The position numbers and the translations under genes were made by a program. A DNA stretch of 64,000 bases from NCBI RefSeq assembly GCF_009914755.1, contig NC_060925.1; one strand, 5' to 3'. This stretch comes from the human T2T-CHM13v2.0 reference genome, Homo sapiens. The stretch's first letter is position 1. Every line of letters starts with the position of its first letter. The notes under the pieces are model-generated. The model made no database searches, was not told where the DNA came from, and saw only the letters and a list, made by a program, of their open reading frames with translations. This document shows, one piece after another, positions 57,297 to 64,000 of the stretch.

Positions 57297-57821
57297 AAAA
57301 CAGCTTTCTCTCTCTAGCCAAAGGATTAGGAAAGGGGCAGCCTAGAAAGACAAACTATTTGACGATAATTGCCCTACACCTGCCAAACATGATGGAAAGA
57401 AAAAAATGCAACCCCACCCCACCCACGTCAACAAAGGCTGAACAGGGAATCTAGATTCCACCCGCAACCAGCAGTAAAGACAGATCCCTCCTCTCCGTGT
57501 TGCTGTGGTATCAGAGGAGGACTAGTACAGGGTCAGGACTTCCACTACTGTGCTTTGTCAGTGGAGACCATGTGGGGTGCAGGGATGAGATAGTCCTGTC
57601 CTTCTCAGCCAGGTAATGTCAGTAAAAGCCTAGTTGGGCTGGAACACCCAACCCCACTAAGCTGAGAGGAGGAGCACCTTCCCACCCTGTATGTCAGTGG
57701 AGACTGAGTGGGGAATCTGTACTTCCACCTCCATCTAGCAATGATGAAATAGCATTCCCTTCCCTCCACTAAAGCAGCATCAAATAATACTTGCTTTAAA
57801 AAAAAAAAAAAAAAAAAAAAA

Positions 57822-58534
<713 letters not shown>

Positions 58535-59977
58535 CTAGAGTCTCTGAATAGAATATCAAAACGTCCAGGCTTCAAACAAAAATCACCTGTCATTTAAAGA
58601 ACCAGGAAAATCTTGACTTGAGTCAATAGACACCAAAACCAAGATGACATTGATGTTAGGTTAGGATTTTCTGAGAAGGTTTTTGTGGTGGTCAAATAAA
58701 GAACCAAATGAAAATTTTAGAACTGTAAAATACAAGATCCTCAAAGCAAAACAAACAAAAACAAAACAAAACAAGACAAAAACCTAATGGATGAGCTCAA
58801 CAACAGAATGGAAGGAGTAGAGAAAAGAACCGGCAAAGTTGAAAATAGAACAATAGAAATGACCCAATCTTAATAGAGAAAATACACTGACAAAAGTGAA
58901 CAGGGTCTTAGGGACCTGCGGTTCTATAACAAAAGATCTAACATTTATGTCACGGAGTTCAAGAAGGAGAGAAGAAAGAGGAAGGGCCTGAAAAGTTATT
59001 TAAGGAAATAGTGCCTGAAATTTTCCCAAATTTGAAGACAGACAGAAACCCTCAGATTCAAGAATCTGAGTGAACCCCAAAGAGGATAACAAAGATAACA
59101 TAGTAGAACCTCTTCAGCACCTAGATCTTGGTGAAGAGTTATTAGACTTGAAACCAAAAGCATGTTTCATAAAATAAATAATTTGATAAATTGGATTTCA
59201 TCAAAATTTTAAATGTTTACTCTTTGAAAGATCCTATTAAGATGATGAAAAGACAAGCTACAGACTAGGAAAAAAATCTGTAAAACATGTATCCTACAAA
59301 AGACTTGTATTTAGAATATAAATGAACTTAAAATGCAACAGCAAAAAAAATTATTAGAAAGTAGACAAAATACGTGAAGACACAACTTATTGAAGAGTAT
59401 ATACATATAACAAGCACATGGAAAGATGTTCAACCTTATTACTCATTAGAGAAGTATAAATTATGACCACAATGAGTTATTAGTATACACCTATCATAAA
59501 AATCAATATAAAAAAAATAGTGACAACACCAAATGTTCATAAAAATGCAGAGAAACCAGATCACTCATACGTTATTGGTGGGAATCTAAATGGTGCCACC
59601 ACTCTGAAAAATAGTTTGGCAGTTTCTTTAAAAAACTGAACATACACTTACCATGTAACTCAGCAATCATGCTTCTGGATATTTATTCCAGAGAAATTGA
59701 AACATGATCACACAAAACCTTTATTGCATATTTATTTGTAATCATCAAAAATTCAGATAACTCAGATGTACTTCCATAGGTGAATGGTCAAATAAACTGT
59801 GGTACAGCCATACTATGGAATACTATGCAGCAATAAAAATGAATGAACTATTGACATGCAGAGCAACCTCTCTGGCTCTCCAGGGAATTATGCTGAGTAG
59901 GAAAAAAAGTCAATCTCAAAGAGTCACACACTACATGATTCATTTAGACAACATCCTTAAAATGACAAAATTGTAGG

Positions 59978-60272
59978 GGCCAGGCGCAGTGGCCTGTAAT
60001 CCCAGCACTTTGGGAGGCTGAGGTGCGCAGATCACGAGGTCAGGAGATCGAGACCATCTTGGCTAACACGGTGAAACCCCGTCTCTACTAAAAATACAAA
60101 AAAATTAGCTGGGCGTGGTGGCGGGCGCCTGTAGTCCCAGCTACTCAGGAGGGTGAGGCAGGAGAATGGTGTGAACCTGGGAGGTGGAGCTTGCGGTGAA
60201 CCAAGATCGCGCCACTGCACTTCAGCCTGGGTGAGAAAGCGAGACTCCATCTCAAAAATAAAAAATAAAAAT
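59978..60272 (+). mobile_element. AluY
   Basis: AluY diagnostics. 19-bp TSD AAAATGACAAAATT(G/A)TAGG (59959-59977, 60273-60291). Confidence 0.95.
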
Positions 60273-60372
60273 AAAATGACAAAATTATAGGGTGGAGATC
60301 AAATTAGTGGTAAGTAATGGTAGGGAAGAGGAAGATGGGTGGACTATAAGAAGGTGTAGCAGGAGAGAGTTA

Positions 60373-60989
60373 CAGTTGTCCCTTGATTTCTGTGGAGGAC
60401 TGATTCCAGGACCCCTGTGGATATCAAAATTTGTAATATTCAAGCCCCTTATATAAAATGACCTACTATTTGCATATAACCTATGTACATCTACCTGTAT
60501 ACTCTAAATCATCTCTAGGTTACTTATAATACCTAATACAATATAAATGCTAAATGTAAATAGTTTTTATACTATATTGTTTAGGGAATAATGACAAGGA
60601 AAAAAGTCTCTGCATGTTTAATACACATTTTTTCAAACTTTTTTTAGATTTTTAAGTCTTTTTAATTTAATTTTTATTTTTTAAATTTGTGGGTACATTA
60701 TAGGTATATATATTTATGGGATACTTGAGAGTTTTCGATACAGGCATGTAATAAGTAATAATCACATCATGAAAAATGGGGTATCCATTCCCTCAAGCAT
60801 TTATCCTTTGTGTTACAATCCATTTATACTCTTATTTTTAAATGTACAATTAAATTTTTATTGACTGCAGTCACCTTGTTGTGCTATGAAATCCTAGGTC
60901 TTCTTCATTCTACCTATTTTCCAAATATTTTTTATCAGCAGTTGGTTGAATCCATGAATGCAGAACCCATAGTTGTAGAGGGCTGACTG
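60373..60989. mobile_element. MER2 (Tigger MITE) interrupted by an L1MA 3' end (about 60630-60918, minus strand)
   Basis: TA|CAGTTGTCCCT...GAGGGCTGACTG|TA terminal inverted repeats with TA TSD. Internal GGGGTATCCATTCCCTCAAGCATTTATCC is L1MA. Confidence 0.85.
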
Positions 60990-61879
60990 TATTTGGGATT
61001 ATGAAATATTTATGTATCTTGATTGTGACGGTGGTTATGCAAAATCTACATGTATGATAAAAAGACATGGAACTATAGACACATTGTTCCAATGTTAATT
61101 TCCTGGTTTTGATAATGTACTATAGTTATATAACTATCAGTTACATTAAAAGTAACTATAGTACATTAGATGAAGGGTGCACAGGGGAAAGTTAGATGAA
61201 GGAAAATTAGATGAAGGGTGCACAGGCCTCGTTGTACTATCTTTGTAACTTCCTCTGAATGTAATCATTGCAAAAAAGTGATGACTATAATTTGACAGTC
61301 ATTTAAGTTGGAGAAGTTAGTCATACTCTCTAATGACTTTAGCATAGCCCTCTGGGGGATTTGATTGAAATTTGAATGAATTGCCACTAGATGACACCAT
61401 TGATTGCATAAATAAACCACCAGACTATTCCCTAAACATCTGAAATTTACTTAAGCCTCTATTGTTTTCAAAAATGTGATTTTAAAAAATGTAAAATATG
61501 AGATTTATAATCAGACAAAATTTTACTCTCTATTGATATTAGAAATAATATTTAACTGTCCTAAGCCTCACTTTAACTATGTCTAAGAACTTATAGGGGT
61601 GTGTGGGTGTGCACGCATGCATTTATCGATCTCACTAAAAACCATTTTTAAGAAAAATCCTCTAACTTTTTTTAGTGAGATCAGATACTACCTTGCAGGT
61701 GCTAAGTTTTCTTTATTGCTATGATAGAAGATGGGGAATGGTGGTATTATCACTAAAGAACTCTGAGAGCAAGCTGAGCTATGAATCCTTAGTTAAGTAC
61801 CAAACCTAGTTACAAATTAACTTTAGATCAAATGTATCTGCACGGATCTTCACTATTTGCTTGTACTGATCATTTTTTA

Positions 61880-62075
61880 CATTTTTTTCAGTATTTTACA
61901 ATGTTTTGACATCTTAAAAGCTTGCTGACCAGAGAGACTGTCCCATCCAGCGAAAGCCAGTTTTCAGAGACAGCAAAGGACTCACTGGGCGTGTCTTTCA
62001 AACGCAAACCAACCAATCTTGGGTACCAGGCAATTAGAGACCACTCCTACAGCCCCAAACCCTATGTGTCTCAGA
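61880..62075 (+). mobile_element. ERV LTR 5' fragment (subfamily uncertain)
   Basis: ATGTTTTGACATCTT...GAGACTGTCCC...GCAAACCAACCAATC motif series. Confidence 0.45.
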
Positions 62076-62340
62076 GTGCTTTCGGGCCAAGTGGCCCTAC
62101 ATGATGAGGTGATAAATGCATTTCAACCTCAGAAATTTTGCACTTGTTACCTTTTCCATCTCTTCTCAGATGTCTATAACATCTACTTCCTCACTTTATG
62201 CACGTCTCCCAAATGTCACTAGAGATGTCTTCCCTGAGCCACACTATCATATATAGCAGCCCCTTCATCCCTCCTTTCTTCCTAGTGCTTGTATCACATT
62301 GTCACACATTTTTTCTTATTTTATTATCTTTTTGCCCCAT

Positions 62341-62957
<617 letters not shown>

Positions 62958-63014
62958 TTTCCAGGCATATAGTACATGCTCAATAAATACCAGTTCTAAG
63001 ACTCCCAAGTCTGG

Positions 63015-63594
63015 TGTGGAGACTGAGGACATCCCAAAATATGACTATAGGACACCAGAATACTCCACCACAAAATATGCCTTTTGAGCATGTTTTGAGC
63101 TGCTTAGTCGGAGACACTGCAGACACAGAAGTAGCTCTGAAAACCCATCCTTTTATACAAGAAATTTACATCTATAAAGGAAATCTACATCAGTAAAAGT
63201 ATCTGTATCAGGAAGAGGGCTGCTCTGAGACAACTTTATTACCTGATTTTTAATCTGCATAACAAGACAACATTTATTCACCATGCATTTCCTTACCTCA
63301 TCCTTCTGAAACTTATTTCCACTGCCCACCAGAAGCCCCAAGTCCCAGTGCCTTTCTGTATGTAATTCAGGATGCTATATAAGCTTAAATCGTCTATTTT
63401 CACAGGACTGCTGTGTGTATGCATTTAATTAAACATGCATACACACAGGAGTTTTTCTCCTGCTAATTTGTGTAGCTTTTTCTCCTGCTAATTTTTGTAG
63501 CTTTTTCTCCTGCTAATTTGTGTAGTGGCAATTTAATTTACAGCCCAGCCAAAGAACCTAGAAAGGTGGAGGGAAGACATTTTTCTCTCCTACA
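63015..63594 (+). mobile_element. ERV1 solo LTR (MER34/MER39-like)
   Basis: TG...TCTCCTACA termini, CCAAAATATG repeats, TATATAA box, 4-bp flanks CTGG / CTAG. Confidence 0.7.
63452..63525. repeat. 25-bp minisatellite, 3 copies
   Basis: TTTTTCTCCTGCTAATTT(G/T)TGTAGC three times. Confidence 0.95.
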
Positions 63595-64000
63595 CTAGCA
63601 GGCCAGTTTCTGTTATCCTCTGCTGGTGTCTAAAATCTCTAAGCAAAACATGACTCTTTGAAACCCTTAGCAGCTTAATATTAAAATTTTGATGGCTTTT
63701 CAATAAATTTGTATAATTAGACTAATTTTTATAATTCTCATATTTTTAAAGGGCAGAACGTATCAAAACACAGGGTGGTTGTCAGTGAAATTTATAAATT
63801 TATGGAAGAGTTACAACCTTAATTAAATTTTTATATTGCCTTTACTTTCTGCCAGTAAAAACCAAAACATCTGGGTTTTGGCCTGTTCTTATGAAAACAA
63901 GTCTTTTTTTTAACATAAAATAAGTATAAATTAACACTAATATTATGGTTTCTTATCATGTAGGTAGAGTTATAACAAAGTTGTTCCACGATATCAACAT

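Noticed and set aside
63452-63525. CRISPR-like array
   Set aside because: Head-to-tail repeats without spacers in primate LTR DNA, so a minisatellite.

Overview
Primate (most likely human or great-ape) genomic DNA made up mostly of transposable elements. I recognise no host protein-coding gene, RNA gene or CpG-island promoter, so it looks intergenic or deep intronic. The main contents are: a full-length but dead L1PA4-like LINE-1 (45269-51407, minus strand, 16-bp TSD); 5'-truncated L1PA copies; a rearranged L1PBa fused to a MER41 provirus that has lost its 5' LTR; two complete THE1 (MaLR) proviruses in tandem; solo LTRs; about 11 Alus, one a near-pristine AluYc1-type candidate polymorphism; and old L1M, L2, MIR, MLT and DNA-transposon relics, often nested. 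All long ORFs with a recognisable product come from L1, Alu or THE1. I find no support for a new protein-based system. The most unusual signals are at DNA level: a probable gene-conversion tract between two neighbouring L1s, and four fold-back or templated-insertion scars (about 2.4, 58.4, 61.1 and 63.4 kb). Subfamily names come from my recollection of consensus sequences, not from a search, and boundaries of old repeats are approximate.
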